This document shows positions 8,438-19,164 of a DNA stretch of 64,000 nucleotides, piece after piece. The stretch is from an uncultured Candidatus Saccharibacteria bacterium. Lineage in GTDB: Bacteria; Patescibacteriota; Minisyncoccia; Phycocordibacterales; UBA1006. Each line of letters starts with the position of its first letter. The first letter of the stretch is position 1. The stretch covers positions 119,822 through 183,821 of the forward strand of contig CAYGJA010000002.1 of assembly GCA_964350165.1 (NCBI GenBank), written 5' to 3'. The position numbers and the translations under genes are program-made. Under the pieces are notes generated by a model. It ran no database searches. It saw nothing but the letters and a program-made list of their open reading frames with translations, and was not told the DNA's origin.

Positions 8438-9791
8438 CCCAATCAAGCTTACTTTTGCTGGCGGAGTTGGAACAGTTACTGGTGCTAATTTTATATTAGA
8501 ACATCAGGGTGCACGCTTGATGGTTGATTGCGGAATGGTTCAGGGTTTACCGGATGCAGATGCTCAAAATCGATCTGATTTTGAATATGATCCAGTCGAG
8601 ATTGATGTCGTCGTGATAACTCACGCCCACATGGACCACATTGGAAGATTGCCAAAATTAGTGAGAGATGGTTATCGTGGTCCTATTTACTCAACGGACC
8701 CCACCAAGGATTTGGCGGCCATCATGCTCGAAGACGGTGCTCGTATTGTTGAGGCAGAATCAAAAAAACTAAACCTTGAACCTTGGTATGACCAGTCTGA
8801 TGTTGACAGAACTATTTCTCTGTGGCAAACCATGCCGTATCATGGACAGTCTCTTTTGGCAGAGAAGTTTTCTGTGCGTTTTTTGGATGCTGGCCATGTT
8901 TTGGGTTCGGCCATGGTCGAGGTGACGGTCGGAGGAAAAAAAATCTTGTTTACTGGTGATTTGGGGAATTCTCCGATGCCACTCTTGCGCGATTCTGAAA
9001 TGGCGCCACTGGTCGACTATATCGTTATGGAGAGCGTGTATGGAGATCGTGAGCACGAAGCACGAGATCAGCGTTTACAAAAGCTAGAAAGAACCATTGA
9101 GGAGACAATGCAAGCTGGAGGGGCTTTGATTGTGCCTATTTTTTCACTAGAACGAACGCAAGAGATTTTGTTTGAAATAAACAATCTTGTCGAACAGAAA
9201 AAAATTCCTGTTGTGCCTGTGTTTTTAGATTCACCTCTAGCTATTCGAGTAACAGAGGTATATAAAAAATACAGAAATTATTTTAATAAGGAAGCGGTAG
9301 AGCAGGCAAAAACTGACGATTTGTTTATGTTTCCTGGTTTAAAATTAACCGAAACTAAAGATGAGTCAAAAACCATCAATGACGTTTCAAATCCAAAAAT
9401 AATTATGGCTGGTTCTGGAATGTCTCACGCGGGTAGGGTGATTCATCACGAACGAAGATATTTGCCTGACCCCAACAGCAAAATTCTTTTGGTTGGATAT
9501 CAGGGGGCCGGAACGTTTGGAAGGTTACTGCAATCTAAACCAAAAAAAGTAACCCTGTTTGGTGATTCCGTTCGGGTGCGAGCCGGTATTGAAAGTATCA
9601 AAGGGTATTCTGGCCACAAAGACTTACCTGCTTTGTTGGCTTTTGTGGAACCTGTGGCAGACCATGTTCGGCAAGTTTTTTGTACGATGGGAGAAACAAA
9701 ATCTTCACGTTTTTTGGCTCAGCGTTTGCGAGATTATTATAACGTAAAAGCCGTCGTTCCCACTCTTGGGCAGACTGTTATACTAAAATAA
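8419..9791 (+). CDS. Metallo-beta-lactamase fold, beta-CASP family ribonuclease (RNase J-like)
   Basis: It has the HxHxDH motif (VITHAHMDHIGRLP). The size and downstream motifs fit RNA-metabolising beta-CASP proteins. The start is probably MSLQNDN. Confidence 0.6.
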
Positions 9792-9792
9792 T

Positions 9793-10314
9793 ATGGTTAA
9801 AATGCAAAGCAAAAAAAACATTGCAATCGTAACCCCGTCTTTGTTCCATGAGAAGGTTTCTGCTGACGCAATAGAATCTCTAAAAAAGTCCGGAGAGCAC
9901 CTTGCCTCCAAAGAGTGCGTATTGTTATGTTCTCTGGCAGACAGTGAGGTTCGTTGGACTGCGGAAGCTGCGCAGGTGTCTGGTTGTTTTGGGGTGGCTT
10001 TTTCTCCTGCCGCCAACAAAAAAGAGTCTGAAGAGGTGTATCGAGAACGTAACCCCTGGATTGATTTGGTGATATATACAGGATCTGGCGACGTGAGTCA
10101 TTTGGCGACAATGCTCGAATCAGCAGATGCCTTGCTTTTGCCTGTTTTTCACCCGGTCTTGATTCCGGTTTTAGAAGAATCCTTGCGCCGCTTAACTGCG
10201 GTTACTATTATTACACAGGAGGACAAGGGGAACGTCATGGATCAACTCAGAAAAACCATCGATGCTGTTCTTTTGGAAACGGCAACTATTACTGTTACCG
10301 AGCACCTAGCGTAG
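9793..10314 (+). CDS. Hypothetical protein
   Basis: It is a 173-aa ORF with compact spacing and no recognisable motif. Confidence 0.35.
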   Translation: MVKMQSKKNIAIVTPSLFHEKVSADAIESLKKSGEHLASKECVLLCSLADSEVRWTAEAAQVSGCFGVAFSPAANKKESEEVYRERNPWIDLVIYTGSGDVSHLATMLESADALLLPVFHPVLIPVLEESLRRLTAVTIITQEDKGNVMDQLRKTIDAVLLETATITVTEHLA

Positions 10315-10317
10315 AGG

Positions 10318-11127
10318 CTATATATTTTTGCTTAGATGCAGGGCGCCATATAGACCACCAAAGTCTCCCAGAGTCGCCTGCTTGATGTCCGGCTTTCCAT
10401 TAAAAACCTGAGGCAATTTTTCAAAAGCCGTGATAACAGCCTCAATATCAATGCTAATTTTTTTTGTGATCATAGAGCCACCGAGTATGATTCCCGCAGA
10501 AGACCAGAATAAATTACTGTTATAGATTCCAATAGCCAATTGTTCTGCCAGCTCTTGCCAAGCTTGTTGGGGAATATCAATAATGTTAGTTTTGTATTTT
10601 TCGGCGTTAGCCGTTCCAGAAACAAGCATTTCTAGTGTTGTTTTTGTTTTCCAATCAACAATATGATGACCTGGCTCAAATCCAAAGGTACTTTCGTCAA
10701 TCATTCCGTTCGTAATCTTTACTCCACCTACACCCGTACTAACTGTGATGTATGTCATGATGTCGTACCCCGCCCCGGCTCCATGATGCGCCTCTCCTAG
10801 GCCAACAAGAGCCGTGTCATTCTCTAAAAATACCGGACAAGAAAAATGACTGCTCAGGGTTGCTGCGAGAGGGTAGTGTTCCCAGCTTTTGAGATTTGGT
10901 GCGTGGATAAGTTTGTTTTTTTCTTGGTTGAGAGTGCCGGCAATACCACCAACAACACCTCGGATATTTTTATTGCCAGCCAGCTTTTCAATAAGATTGA
11001 TGAAGTGAAGGGGGCCTTGGCTAGGGTGGTGGTTGGTTTTTTCAATAATGGGATCATCAAAACCTTGTCTATCCTTAGAGAGTGCGACTCGAGTATTAGT
11101 GCCACCAATATCAAACAAAACAAACAT
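10318..11127 (-). CDS. ROK-family sugar kinase (glucokinase-like)
   Basis: It has the N-terminal ATP-binding motif MFVLFDIGGTNTRVAL. It lies in a glycogen/sugar cluster. Confidence 0.6.
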   Translation of the reverse strand: MFVLFDIGGTNTRVALSKDRQGFDDPIIEKTNHHPSQGPLHFINLIEKLAGNKNIRGVVGGIAGTLNQEKNKLIHAPNLKSWEHYPLAATLSSHFSCPVFLENDTALVGLGEAHHGAGAGYDIMTYITVSTGVGGVKITNGMIDESTFGFEPGHHIVDWKTKTTLEMLVSGTANAEKYKTNIIDIPQQAWQELAEQLAIGIYNSNLFWSSAGIILGGSMITKKISIDIEAVITAFEKLPQVFNGKPDIKQATLGDFGGLYGALHLSKNI

Positions 11128-11129
11128 AA

Positions 11130-12098
11130 TTATTGATTACGCAATTTGCTTTTAAAAGATTCAATCATGGGAACTTGCTCTGCTTCTGCATTTGTATTCT
11201 TGGCCACATGCCAAGCCGTCCACATGGCCAGAGTGCAGGCCTTCAGTTTTTTTTCGAGCATGGTTTCTCCGGTTAATAAAAATGAGGAGTGGGTGATGTT
11301 TTTTTGAGCGAGCATTTCGGTGGTAATCTCCATTCTGGTTTTGATTTTAGGGTAATCATCTGTGTCTTTGATAAGTATGAGATGGTGATTTTTGTTTCCA
11401 GAAAACTGGTTACCCACATCAAAGCCGGTAAACTCGTTGTGATTGAGTTCTGGAAAAGTATTACAAAAGGCTGGTATTTTTCCTGTTTCGTTAAGTGTTA
11501 TCTTCCAGTAGTAAGATAATCCAAGGTTTTGGGTGCTGCTGTAAATGAGAGGAGTTTTGTTTCCGATGGTGTCGGCAATTAATTTACCTTGTTTTTCTTC
11601 CTCGTAGGTGTCTTTGTTGGCTAGCGAATTTGCCTCAGAAATTAATTGCTCGTCTCCAATGACCGTCAAAAGAGCTTTGATTTGAGTGCCGAGAGCGGCT
11701 CTCGGCTGGATGCCGGTGCTTGGCATAATAATGCAAGGCAAAGAAAGATCTCTTGCTTGCTTTGCCAGTTCTCCACCAGTCGTGATGACAAGCACTGGGT
11801 ATTTTTTTGCCAATGCTTGTTGTAAAGAAGAAAGTGCTTCTTCGGTGTTTCCGGAATAAGAACTAATAACATAAAGACTTTCTTCCAAGATAGAGGCTGG
11901 CAGTTGAGGCAATCCGTAGTCATGATGTACAAAAAGTGAAAGCATTGGGTTTGCGTATTGGAGAATATCAGCCGCAAGATGAGACCCGCCCATTCCGCAC
12001 ACGATAAGGTGATTTTGATCATTTTTTAAATAATCAAAATTTTGTATTGTCGGTGTATAGCTTAATTGGCTCCAAAAGGTTTCTATCGAGGTCTTCAT
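11130..12098 (-). CDS. Bifunctional phosphoglucose/phosphomannose isomerase (SIS domain)
   Basis: It has LIVCGMGGSHLAADIL (SIS GMGGS motif). The ORF extends to 12179. The internal Met at 12098 avoids overlap with the GH15 gene. Confidence 0.55.
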   Translation of the reverse strand: MKTSIETFWSQLSYTPTIQNFDYLKNDQNHLIVCGMGGSHLAADILQYANPMLSLFVHHDYGLPQLPASILEESLYVISSYSGNTEEALSSLQQALAKKYPVLVITTGGELAKQARDLSLPCIIMPSTGIQPRAALGTQIKALLTVIGDEQLISEANSLANKDTYEEEKQGKLIADTIGNKTPLIYSSTQNLGLSYYWKITLNETGKIPAFCNTFPELNHNEFTGFDVGNQFSGNKNHHLILIKDTDDYPKIKTRMEITTEMLAQKNITHSSFLLTGETMLEKKLKACTLAMWTAWHVAKNTNAEAEQVPMIESFKSKLRNQ

Positions 12099-12114
12099 GT
12101 CATTAGTATAGCGA

Positions 12115-14076
12115 TTATTCGCGGTCCAGTCTTTGACGGGCTTGTATATAGTCCAGAACGGTTCTGATGTATTCAACATGGCTCCAGGTGAGAGGTGTGG
12201 AAGACAGCATATCGCCCGTGGTGGGGTCTAATTGTTCAGAGAGCACACCTGAAGCCCCGGCGTAGTTTGCTGTCCAGCTAAGGTGTTTTTTTGCTTGAGC
12301 TAGATCTGTTTGGGAGGTCGCTTTTTTAATATGATACTGAGCAAACCACAGAGTTGTTATGATCCAAGGGTTTGACTTGCTGGAATGACGCATAAAATAA
12401 CGGTCACCAGCGTAGCGAATAATACCTCCAGTTTTTTCTGGATTAGTTAAAGCTCTCTCTGCCATTGTCATTGCTTTTTCTAGTCTCGAATCATTGGCTG
12501 GCAGTACGCCAAACATAAAAATTCCATAGGCACTGGAAGCGTCAATAGTGTCGTCATGTTGAATTTCTCCAGAAGCAGAGACTAATATTGATTTTCTGAA
12601 GAGGCTTGATTTTTCGTCATAGAGATATTCTATGATTCCATTTTTTACTTCATCCGCGGCCAAAGAAAAAGATTCTGCATCTTTTTCTTTGCCTAGAGTG
12701 CTTGCAAAAAAGACCGCCGCTCGAAGAGCTCCATAGACTGATGCAGCCGTAAAGGTATGGGTGCCGTACTTTTCTTCCCACAAATCATAAGAGGGTCTTG
12801 GCAGTTTAGTTGTGTCGTTTCTAAAGTTTGTCAAAAAACGAGCCGCTGGTTGAATGAGGGAATTATAAAGACTTTCCACAAATTCAAGGTCTTTGTTTGC
12901 TTCGTAATGCTCTTTTAGAGCCACGAGAACAATGGCTGTTTCGTCTTCTTGGATGGGGAGTGTCGCGCGACCATTTCTAACCCAGGGGTGCCAAGAGCTA
13001 CCGAGGGAATGGTCTGGCAGATATTTGTGCATAAAGTAACCCTCAGGGGAAATGACTTGATTGCAGAATTCAAAAAAACGTTGAGATGCTGCTTGGTCTC
13101 CGGTCTTGTCGAGTGCAAGAGCGGCAAAGGCAGCGTCTCTTGGCCACATGTAGCTGTACGTGTCTTTTCCGTTTTGGAGCATGCTTGTGTCTCCCGAAGC
13201 AATGATTGCTCCGCCTTTGTCGACGTGGGCACGAATATAGAAAAGTGATTTCTTGAAAAGTTTGACGTGCAGATCTGACAGGTCTTGAAAGTCAAAAGTG
13301 TAGCGATTGGCCCAGGCGCGCCAGTAGTCTTTGGTTGATTTGATGATATGCTCAGGGCTTTTTTTGAGTACGTAGCCATTTAGGGTTTTTGCTTCTTCTA
13401 TTGATTCGGCCGCACAGAGCCAGTAGTTAATGGTCTCTGGTTTATTTTTTTGTAAGTGTACTTTGACGCCAATCACCGAATCACAAGGACCGTGTTCGAT
13501 TGGGTTTTTTTGCAATTCGCCATCTTCGGCGTCACGAAAACTACCTTCTTTTCCATAGATATTAAAAATACCAGTAGTGTATTCAGTAAAAGGGGTTTGG
13601 TTGATTTCGGCGTTTGCCAAGAAAACACGTCGTCCTTTGTAATGAATCACTGCGTTGGTGTCTGGGTCATAGTAAGCGGTGTCGCCACGGTGGGATTCGT
13701 ACAGCTCAAATTCTTGACCAAAAAAGATACGCACCTCGCGCTCGGTTTCTTGTTGTTGAGAGATGGTTACTTGGCGGAGAAAAATATTTTTTTCATTATA
13801 AACGATGTCGGTAAAATGCAGAGAGAGATCTAGCTTGGTGTTTATTTTTGTCATTACGCCAGCCATGGTGTCGTCCAGGCAATCAATGCGAGTTTGCCAA
13901 TCTTCTTCGTGAAGCCAAGAAAAATTCCCATCAACCCAGACGCCAATACGATGCTGGTTGTGGCTAGAGATGTGATTTTCTAGTCCCACAAAAGGGAAGT
14001 AGAATTCTCTCACATAGCCAAAACGATCTAATCCGACAAAAATATTGCCGTTACCAAGAACGAGCGTTCGTGCCAT
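12115..14076 (-). CDS. Glycoside hydrolase family 15 (glucoamylase/glucodextranase-like)
   Basis: It has the YSYMWPRDAAFAALAL motif (GH15 WPRD region). The size is 653 aa. Confidence 0.6.
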   Translation of the reverse strand: MARTLVLGNGNIFVGLDRFGYVREFYFPFVGLENHISSHNQHRIGVWVDGNFSWLHEEDWQTRIDCLDDTMAGVMTKINTKLDLSLHFTDIVYNEKNIFLRQVTISQQQETEREVRIFFGQEFELYESHRGDTAYYDPDTNAVIHYKGRRVFLANAEINQTPFTEYTTGIFNIYGKEGSFRDAEDGELQKNPIEHGPCDSVIGVKVHLQKNKPETINYWLCAAESIEEAKTLNGYVLKKSPEHIIKSTKDYWRAWANRYTFDFQDLSDLHVKLFKKSLFYIRAHVDKGGAIIASGDTSMLQNGKDTYSYMWPRDAAFAALALDKTGDQAASQRFFEFCNQVISPEGYFMHKYLPDHSLGSSWHPWVRNGRATLPIQEDETAIVLVALKEHYEANKDLEFVESLYNSLIQPAARFLTNFRNDTTKLPRPSYDLWEEKYGTHTFTAASVYGALRAAVFFASTLGKEKDAESFSLAADEVKNGIIEYLYDEKSSLFRKSILVSASGEIQHDDTIDASSAYGIFMFGVLPANDSRLEKAMTMAERALTNPEKTGGIIRYAGDRYFMRHSSKSNPWIITTLWFAQYHIKKATSQTDLAQAKKHLSWTANYAGASGVLSEQLDPTTGDMLSSTPLTWSHVEYIRTVLDYIQARQRLDRE

Positions 14077-14082
14077 GAGGGT

Positions 14083-14463
14083 TTAGAGGTTATACACCTT
14101 GAGGTGTTTCTTTACTGCGGCGAGAGCCCCTTTTTTGTTTTTTGATTTAAGCAGGCTCTTTGCGCATTCTTCGTCACACAGCACTTGCTCTACCCAGAGA
14201 GAAAAATCATTCATATCTCCTTCGGCGTGATAAATATAATGTTCCTCGGCCATTGTCGTCAGTGCTTCCGTTAGATCTATCAAATCGTGTAGCACTGCGC
14301 CATTAATCATCCAGAACGCTTGCTCACCTTGGGCGCGCGTGAGGTCTTTTTTTGTTGTAGATTTCTTTTTGGGGCTAGTTTTTTTGGGAGATATTTTTTT
14401 TACTGCTGACTTTGTTTTTTTGGTCGCTATTTTTGTTTTTTGGGTTTTTTTCTCTTTGGCCAT
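14083..14463 (-). CDS. Small lysine-rich protein (KKT/KKS-rich N-terminus, histone H1-like low complexity), function unknown
   Basis: The sequence MAKEKKTQKTKIATKKTKSAVKKISPKKTSPKKK is followed by a structured C-terminal half. Confidence 0.4.
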   Translation of the reverse strand: MAKEKKTQKTKIATKKTKSAVKKISPKKTSPKKKSTTKKDLTRAQGEQAFWMINGAVLHDLIDLTEALTTMAEEHYIYHAEGDMNDFSLWVEQVLCDEECAKSLLKSKNKKGALAAVKKHLKVYNL

Positions 14464-14474
14464 AACTATAGGGA

Positions 14475-15677
14475 TTATTTGCTAATTGCGTCTACTCTTG
14501 ATTTTACATCGCGAACCGTGTTCATAAAAGCCACATATGCATCATAGGGGGATTCATATGGGGAAAAGTAAGCATGCACGTCACCATCTCGCCACCATTT
14601 AGTGCACATGTAATAAAAATGATCTGAAGTTTGAAGCTTTCTCCAATCTTCGATAAGTTTTTTATTCTTTGTTCCTTTGATGGATTTTTCTAGGGCATAG
14701 ATAGAAGCAATGGCTGCTTTTTGAATATCATTTCCGGTCCAAGCGGTTAGGTCTCGTTCGGTGTCTGCCCAGGTTATGACATTGGGAATATCCACTTCGT
14801 CTTTTGGTGTTAATTCAAGAGCGGTTTCTGTGGTGGTTCGAAAAGTAATATCAGGCCGTTTGAATAATTCACCAGGAAGAGCTTTTAGGAAATGGAAAAC
14901 ACCGGTGTCTTCCCATTGATGTTCACCAAAGGTTTCATAATCCATAAAGAGGTTAATGGTTTCGCCGTTGCCTTGATGGCTTTCAATCCAGGTTGCGTAT
15001 TTTTCGGTTGTGAGGGGCCATTCGCTCCAATTTTGTTCAGAAAAACGAAAAGCAACATCATCTGATAGCCGATAATTCTTGAGCAAGAGTGAAATATTGG
15101 TTGTATCTTGTGGACGATAAACAAAATTGGGTGACCTCCAACCGAGAATCGGATCCCATCCCTCTGTTAATATCCCAACATATCCTGCCTGTTCCGCCCA
15201 TTGTCCTAGTTCGTTATTATAAGAAAGCTCGGTATTTCGAAAAACTTTTGGTTGCACTCCAAATAATTCATTAAGAAGATTGCGATGGAGGGTGACCTGT
15301 TCTTCGAATTCTGGTCGAGAATAGAAAAAAGCCAAAGAGTGGTGATAGGTATCGGCCACCAGATCCACGCGACCAGTTTTTACGAGGTCTTGAAAAGAAG
15401 CAAGAACTTCGGGGGCGTATTCTCGAAATTGCTCCAAGGCAACTCCAGACAAAGATAAAGATACTTTGAATTGAGGGTGTGTTTCGAGTAGTTCTTTTAA
15501 GATGGCATTGGTGGGGAGGTATGATTTTTTGGCGACTTTCTCAACAATCCTTCGATTGTTGAGATCGGTGGCACTGGTGTCATTAAAATAATCATGGTCA
15601 CTCCCAACGTCAAAAATTTTGTATTTTTTAATACGATAGGGCTGATGAACGTGGAGATAAAGACAGATGGAAAGCAT
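14475..15677 (-). CDS. Glycoside hydrolase family 57 (alpha-amylase/branching-enzyme-like)
   Basis: It has the N-terminal LYLHVHQPYR motif, the GH57 hallmark HQP. Confidence 0.6.
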   Translation of the reverse strand: MLSICLYLHVHQPYRIKKYKIFDVGSDHDYFNDTSATDLNNRRIVEKVAKKSYLPTNAILKELLETHPQFKVSLSLSGVALEQFREYAPEVLASFQDLVKTGRVDLVADTYHHSLAFFYSRPEFEEQVTLHRNLLNELFGVQPKVFRNTELSYNNELGQWAEQAGYVGILTEGWDPILGWRSPNFVYRPQDTTNISLLLKNYRLSDDVAFRFSEQNWSEWPLTTEKYATWIESHQGNGETINLFMDYETFGEHQWEDTGVFHFLKALPGELFKRPDITFRTTTETALELTPKDEVDIPNVITWADTERDLTAWTGNDIQKAAIASIYALEKSIKGTKNKKLIEDWRKLQTSDHFYYMCTKWWRDGDVHAYFSPYESPYDAYVAFMNTVRDVKSRVDAISK

Positions 15678-15682
15678 GGCGA

Positions 15683-16933
15683 TTATTTTTTATTAGATTT
15701 TTTCTTTTTTCGAAAGGCCGTTAATACTTTTTCGTAAATATCTTTACAGGTCTTTGCGGCTTTGTCCCAGGTGACTAGACTGGCTTCTGCCTTGCCTAAT
15801 TCTTGTAGTTGACGGGAAAGAGTCGGGTCGTCAAGCACTGCTATTATTCTATCAGCAAGAGCTTCTATGTCCCAGAAATCTACTTTGAGTGCGTGAGAAA
15901 CAACCTCAGAAACACCGGATTGTTTGGATATAATAATGGGTGTTCCTTTTGAAAGTGATTCGAGGGCAACGATTCCGAAAGGTTCAGACACAGAGGGCAT
16001 AATGTATAAATCGGCCGCCTGATAAAGGGCGTGGAGTGCTTGCCCTCGCACAAAACCAGGAAAATATATGTGTTCGGCTATCCCAGCGGCGGCACTATCC
16101 TGCATTATTTGATCAAGCATGTCTCCAGAGCCAGCCATAACAAAGATGGTTTTTGGTCTCACAGAGAGAACTCGTTTGGCAGCTTGAATAAAATAGTCTG
16201 GACCTTTTTGTAGGGTGATTCTGCCTAAAAACAAAACTAAGTCATTTTCTTGTTTAAAATTATGGAGCTGGAGGGCTATGTCTTCGGATGCAAGTTCTTC
16301 TTTGAGGTCTACGCCATTATGCACAACGCTAATTCGATCTTCTGGAATTTGATAATGGTGAGACACTTTCTGCTTAGTAAAATTACTAACAGCGATGATG
16401 TGATCAGAAGACCGTAATCCATGTTGTTCTAGGGCGTGAATAAGAGGGTTGCCCGCTCCGCCGTTGCGATCGTATTCGGTAGCATGAACTTGAGAAATGA
16501 GAGGTTTTCCTGAAACATTTTTGGCAGCTAGGCCAGCCCCAAAACTAAGCCAGTCGTGTGCATGAATAAGATCAAAGTCTTCTTCGGTTGCAATAATGGC
16601 TGCTTGTTCAGCATATTGTTTGACGGCGTCATAGAGGCTGTGTTTGTGGGCCCCTTGAATACCAAGCAAGCGAGACTGATATGATGTTTCGGAATCATAG
16701 GGGAGAAGCCAGCTTTGTACAGGGCGCATAATAATACGCCCTGTACAGGTGTCACCATAGCGAAAGGAAAGCCCCGCAGAATCTTTGACGGGTATGCTTT
16801 GGGGTAGAACAAAGATAATTTCTACATGTTGTTCTCCGAGTGCTTCTGCTAGACCTTTGCAGGCAACACCTAAACCACCGCTGTTATACGGCGGAAATTC
16901 CCAGCCAAACATTAATACCCGACATGATTTCAT
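15683..16933 (-). CDS. Glycogen/starch synthase-like glycosyltransferase (GT4/GT5-type)
   Basis: It has the N-terminus FGWEFPPYNSGGLGVACKGLAEAL (E..P..K.GGL motif) and C-terminal GT-B motifs. Confidence 0.55.
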   Translation of the reverse strand: MKSCRVLMFGWEFPPYNSGGLGVACKGLAEALGEQHVEIIFVLPQSIPVKDSAGLSFRYGDTCTGRIIMRPVQSWLLPYDSETSYQSRLLGIQGAHKHSLYDAVKQYAEQAAIIATEEDFDLIHAHDWLSFGAGLAAKNVSGKPLISQVHATEYDRNGGAGNPLIHALEQHGLRSSDHIIAVSNFTKQKVSHHYQIPEDRISVVHNGVDLKEELASEDIALQLHNFKQENDLVLFLGRITLQKGPDYFIQAAKRVLSVRPKTIFVMAGSGDMLDQIMQDSAAAGIAEHIYFPGFVRGQALHALYQAADLYIMPSVSEPFGIVALESLSKGTPIIISKQSGVSEVVSHALKVDFWDIEALADRIIAVLDDPTLSRQLQELGKAEASLVTWDKAAKTCKDIYEKVLTAFRKKKKSNKK

Positions 16934-16966
16934 CGTACAATTTCATTATATACCAGTCGGGCAAGG

Positions 16967-18010
16967 GTGCTTTGTGGTACCATGCATGAACACATTATGA
17001 TGACAAATCAAGAAGAAAAAGAGTCTATATTTATGGCGCCTTGGTGGAAGCGGTTGCTGAATGGTCTGATTGATTATTCGATAATTTGGTGGCTATCTGT
17101 TCGCTTGGTAGATTATTGTTTTCGGTCTTTTGCTTTTACTAGAGATTTTTTTTGGGTTCAGGTTGTCGTATTGTCTGTAGGGTTGCTTTTTTTAGGTTAT
17201 TTTTTTATTTTCGAGTATTTTTTGGGTTGGACACCTGGGAAATACATCACCCAGACTCGTTTAGTGTATCGAGGAGAAAGAAGTGTTTGGTCAGTTTTGA
17301 AGCGAACAGCTTTGCGCTTGGTGCCATTGGATGTTGTTACTTTTTTAGGGCAACAGTATCCGACCGGTTGGCATGACTTTTTTTCTGATACTGCCGTAGC
17401 AAATCGCATTGCCGATGAGCAATCTTTTGTTCTTACTAAAAAAACAAACACCATTCCGATTTGGAGACGATTAGTGTATCGAACAGTAATTAGCTTCTCT
17501 TTGTTTGTGTTTGTTTTTTTGATGGTCATGCCTCTTATTGTTTTTTATCGCTGGGATCGCGTTCGAATTCTGTCTGTTTCTGATTATGAATGGGGCTTTT
17601 CTGAAATTCTTCCAGGGGTTGCTGTTGCCGTACCTGGAACAAAACGAAACACCAGGCGCGCCTTGGTGGCATTTCGCTTACGTGGTGTACAAATGCTCTT
17701 AGTCAAACAGCTGTCCAATGAGCAGACGCCAGAAACAAAGCTAGAGCAAGACATGTCTGCCGTTTCTCCGCACTCAATGATGCTCGTAAGATTGGCCGAA
17801 TATGAAGAAAAAACAAACGAGCTTGGTGACTTTGTTTGGTATCGATATTCTTTGGAGCAAGCGCCTTTTGTGGCTAATGGTTTCTTTTTCAGGCCGAAAG
17901 AAGCAGATGATTGGTATCAATTTGATTCTCAGGGATTAAAAATTGACGCCCGTGCTGTGTTACGTAAGATTTGGGATCAATTGACAGCTGAACAGTCAAT
18001 TGAGCTGTAG
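16967..18010 (+). CDS. Integral membrane protein, function unknown (possibly RDD-like)
   Basis: It has several hydrophobic helices. The start is uncertain (MTNQ/MAPWW alternatives). Confidence 0.4.
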   Translation: MLCGTMHEHIMMTNQEEKESIFMAPWWKRLLNGLIDYSIIWWLSVRLVDYCFRSFAFTRDFFWVQVVVLSVGLLFLGYFFIFEYFLGWTPGKYITQTRLVYRGERSVWSVLKRTALRLVPLDVVTFLGQQYPTGWHDFFSDTAVANRIADEQSFVLTKKTNTIPIWRRLVYRTVISFSLFVFVFLMVMPLIVFYRWDRVRILSVSDYEWGFSEILPGVAVAVPGTKRNTRRALVAFRLRGVQMLLVKQLSNEQTPETKLEQDMSAVSPHSMMLVRLAEYEEKTNELGDFVWYRYSLEQAPFVANGFFFRPKEADDWYQFDSQGLKIDARAVLRKIWDQLTAEQSIEL

Positions 18011-19098
18011 TCATATTTCCCATATTCATGAACTCGGTCTTTGGCTGGCACTGAGCAGGGGTGAACATGGACTTCTTTTGGGGTTGGTTTGTAGCGAACA
18101 TTCCAGGTGTCAATAGTCTCTTCGTCTCCGACGGTGATGGTTCGAAAAACATTCATAATGGCGCCCGGGGTTCCTTGTTTCATCTCAATAGCAAAACCAG
18201 GTCTGATGGCTAGGTTGGGATAAATAATAGTTGGTATGTCGTTAATTTCTAGATAAGTGGGGGTGACATAAGAAGTGACTACTCTGGCCTGATCGCCACC
18301 CTCGGCCAATACGGATGTTGTTGTTTTTCCGTCTTTGTGATCACCAGAAATACTGCGGCCATCGTTATCTCCCCAAATTTCTACCGTGATACTGGTGTCG
18401 GTGTGGCTAGTGTGAATAATCACACTGTGTTCAGTATTATTCTGAAATTTTAGGTCTGGATTAGGCCAAGAAATAGTTGCTTCAATGCCGGTTGGATAAC
18501 GATCAAATTGCCAGCTATGAGGCTGGTGATAGATGTCTTTTAGGCCCGCCCAATACACCGCGTTATAGAGAGTGGTTGCAAACTGACTTACTCCACCTCC
18601 GACAGTATTCACCATTTCTCCGCCCATAATAGTGCCAGCTGAAGCAAATCCTTTTTCCTCCGTGCGCTCTCCAATGGCTTGATTAAGACTAAAAATCTCT
18701 CCTGGAGCAATGATCGTTCCATCGAGTGTGTCTGCTAGTGTTTGAATATTGGTAACCCTGGTTGCACAACAAGGATGATGAGTGGTAAAGCGACTTACGA
18801 GATGCAGATATTCTGTTGTGCCTGATGCCGAAGAATAAATTAGTTGCATTGGGTTAGAAAAATCGAATTCTTGGTCGAGGATATCTTCGGTGGTGGTGGC
18901 CATGCTCACGGGAGGCGTGATTTCTGGGGCTGGACTGGCGGTGTCAAAAAGGTCTTGGGTTAGGGTGGGAACGGCGGTTGTTTCTAGTGGGGTGTCGTTG
19001 AGCGAATGGTTTTGATTATTTTCTAGAATAAAAAAAAGAATCGCCCCCAGAATTATGAAGATAACGAAAAGAGGGGCTATTTTGCGAGCATTTAGCAT
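17977..19098 (-). CDS. VanW-like domain protein with an N-terminal membrane anchor
   Basis: It has an N-terminal TM helix (IAPLFVIFIILGAILFFIL). Its central region PGEIFSLNQAIGERTEEKGF...GGGVSQFATTLYNAV resembles the VanW family. Confidence 0.45.
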   Translation of the reverse strand: MLNARKIAPLFVIFIILGAILFFILENNQNHSLNDTPLETTAVPTLTQDLFDTASPAPEITPPVSMATTTEDILDQEFDFSNPMQLIYSSASGTTEYLHLVSRFTTHHPCCATRVTNIQTLADTLDGTIIAPGEIFSLNQAIGERTEEKGFASAGTIMGGEMVNTVGGGVSQFATTLYNAVYWAGLKDIYHQPHSWQFDRYPTGIEATISWPNPDLKFQNNTEHSVIIHTSHTDTSITVEIWGDNDGRSISGDHKDGKTTTSVLAEGGDQARVVTSYVTPTYLEINDIPTIIYPNLAIRPGFAIEMKQGTPGAIMNVFRTITVGDEETIDTWNVRYKPTPKEVHVHPCSVPAKDRVHEYGKYDYSSIDCSAVN

Positions 19099-19164
19099 GG
19101 CTTTAGTATAACAGTCAAAAAGTCTGTTGCCATGGTGGATGGGAAATGGTGTTTTTATTGTCGC

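Noticed and set aside
12115-12179. A 65-nt overlap between the GH15 3' end and the annotated start of the phosphoglucose isomerase ORF was examined.
   Set aside because: It is probably an over-extended start call. An in-frame Met at 12098 removes the overlap, so this is not a biological anomaly.
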